In this document: positions 36,322-38,001 of the stretch, one piece after another
Position numbering within the stretch: the stretch's first letter is position 1
Layout: every line of letters begins with the position of its first letter
Source: a virus
Taxonomy: Duplodnaviria > Heunggongvirae > Uroviricota > Caudoviricetes
Virus record (IMG/VR): IMGVR_UViG_3300029543_000199
DNA: 38,001 nt
Strand: one strand, 5' to 3'
Translations under genes and position numbers: made by a program
Notes under the pieces: generated by a model
The model's database searches: none
The model's input: only the letters and a program-made list of their open reading frames with translations
Told to the model about the DNA's origin: nothing

Positions 36322-37830
36322 CTATCCCCAATCAGAGCTTTGTTCTGAGGACTGTTCACCACTATCTGTCAAATCTGTTTCGTCTGACTGAGGTCTGCCA
36401 CCTTCATCTGTCGGCGCATCACTATCGATAGATGTGGTATTACCACTCATCTGTGTGGAACTCTGGATTGGTCTAAACATATCTTGCAGACCCATAACCT
36501 CTGTTTCAAGGAAACTCATAGCATCAAGCTCCGCTTGTCCAAGTCCCTGTGATGCTGCATACATTGCAATCGTAGGGAGTCCGTAGGAAGCGGCTTTGAG
36601 ATACGCATCGCCCATTTCTTTTCGGTTATATGGAGAAACATCCAGAAAAGTAACCTTAAAATTCTTTCCATAACTTTGAGCCTGTATAAATCTGTTTACA
36701 GCGTCTTCGATGCTTCGCACAATGCCGAACGTGAGACTCTGGTCAGCTTTTATAGATAATGAAAGAGCATTAGCAGATGCCTTTTCATTATTAAACAAAA
36801 GAGAAGATACGCCAGCAGATGTGAAAATATTCTGTTCAGCGTCTGCGATAGTATTAGTATCTCCGGTATTTGATTTCTCAAAGCCAATCTTTGTAATAGG
36901 CATCGGTGTAAGAATAGATCCAACCTCTTCAGGGAGAACAGAATCTAAGTTCTTCCAGAATTCTTTTGCCTTATTCAGATCAATACCCCAGTTGCCGTCT
37001 TTATCCATTGGGAGCGCCATTACAAGCATTGCATAGTTTTCCAGTGCTGTTTTTGTTAATTTCAGTTGCTTATAATCCTCAAGATCATACAGTTCTCTTA
37101 ATATACCGATGAATGGTGGTAAGGAATATGACAGAATATCATTGTTGACCTTGATAGCAAATGAGGTCGGAGAATCCAGCTCAAGCCATCTTGAAGTACG
37201 CTGCTTCTGATAAACTGCATACTTCGTTTTAAACTCCTGCGGATAAAACTCCAATAAAGCACTGTGCGAATCGAAGTATGAGAAGTCGAAAGATACATTT
37301 AATACGTTTCCTTCGATTGTGGATATAGCGCAATAATCACTCGGCAACTGTTGGATAGTGATATTGTCATTTGTTACCCACATAGTTCCGTAGAATGTAT
37401 CCTCTCGTAAGCAGACGGTTAGGATTTTCGGGAACTGAGTTTTAATGCTCATCGCAGACAGAGCATTTAATACCTTACGATAATTTCGGTTTATCGTTTT
37501 GGCATTGGTAGATTTAGGGTCAATCTTATACGGAGACACTACATATGCTAAATCAGACAGACTTGCAAAATACTGAATGATTCTTCTAAAATGAGAAGAA
37601 GCACCATATATATATGTAACAGCATTGCGAATCTGTTTCTCATATGTATATGGATTAGCAAGATATCCCTGTACATCCTCTTTTGAATACAAAGAAAATG
37701 TTGGGGTAGTAGTATTGTTATTAAGATCCCTGGTAATCAACCTGTTTAAAACAGCAAACTTACTAGAGATTCCTATCATACCGGAGAAATCTTTGACACT
37801 AGAATCTCCAACTTGCTTTTGTTCCGCCAT
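36322..37830 (-). CDS. Portal protein
   Basis: About 500 aa between terminase and protease; acidic tail with GGRP; start ATG 37830 after AAGGCGGTG. Confidence 0.8.
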   Translation of the reverse strand: MAEQKQVGDSSVKDFSGMIGISSKFAVLNRLITRDLNNNTTTPTFSLYSKEDVQGYLANPYTYEKQIRNAVTYIYGASSHFRRIIQYFASLSDLAYVVSPYKIDPKSTNAKTINRNYRKVLNALSAMSIKTQFPKILTVCLREDTFYGTMWVTNDNITIQQLPSDYCAISTIEGNVLNVSFDFSYFDSHSALLEFYPQEFKTKYAVYQKQRTSRWLELDSPTSFAIKVNNDILSYSLPPFIGILRELYDLEDYKQLKLTKTALENYAMLVMALPMDKDGNWGIDLNKAKEFWKNLDSVLPEEVGSILTPMPITKIGFEKSNTGDTNTIADAEQNIFTSAGVSSLLFNNEKASANALSLSIKADQSLTFGIVRSIEDAVNRFIQAQSYGKNFKVTFLDVSPYNRKEMGDAYLKAASYGLPTIAMYAASQGLGQAELDAMSFLETEVMGLQDMFRPIQSSTQMSGNTTSIDSDAPTDEGGRPQSDETDLTDSGEQSSEQSSDWG

Positions 37831-38001
37831 ATAATCCATTCACCGCCTTTCTTTTATAATTCGGAGCTTTGATGATGAACATATCGGACGCTCCATCTCC
37901 GAAACTCTGACGTTTGTTCATCTTATTTTCAATTTGCATAGCTACATAGTAGTTGTATGAAAGACTTGAGTATCTATCCTTACGCATTCCAGTACGTTCT
38001 G
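37799..38001 (-). CDS. Terminase large subunit, C-terminal end (truncated by window)
   Basis: RKDRYSSLSY motif; frame open to the window edge; upstream of portal. Confidence 0.7.
   Translation of the reverse strand, partial: ERTGMRKDRYSSLSYNYYVAMQIENKMNKRQSFGDGASDMFIIKAPNYKRKAVNGLYGGTKASWRF

Overview
This window is the morphogenesis and lysis module of a large tailed phage or prophage, with almost all genes on the minus strand. A Firmicutes host is inferred from the strong GGAGG ribosome-binding sites (RBSs), the SH3b endolysin and the protein families. In transcription order (right to left) it holds: terminase 3' end, portal, protease/scaffold, decoration protein, major capsid, head-tail proteins, major tail protein, tape measure, Dit, a 2158-aa tail-tip protein, a chaperone-bearing tail fibre, a complete diversity-generating retroelement (DGR), small accessory genes, holin-like genes and endolysin. 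Three things stand out. (1) The apparently split tape measure gene is interrupted by a predicted 996-nt group I intron (23743-24738). Its guide sequence predicts an in-frame 2586-aa product, and it carries an antisense zinc-ribbon gene with its own promoter rather than a homing endonuclease. (2) The DGR is intact (target-avd-TR-RT), with 15 of 15 TR/VR mismatches at adenines. (3) A probable UGA readthrough extension of the major tail protein carries a short motif that is also inserted four times in the tail-tip protein, possibly a docking site for the DGR-diversified protein. All calls come from reading the sequence by eye; no searches or folding programs were run.
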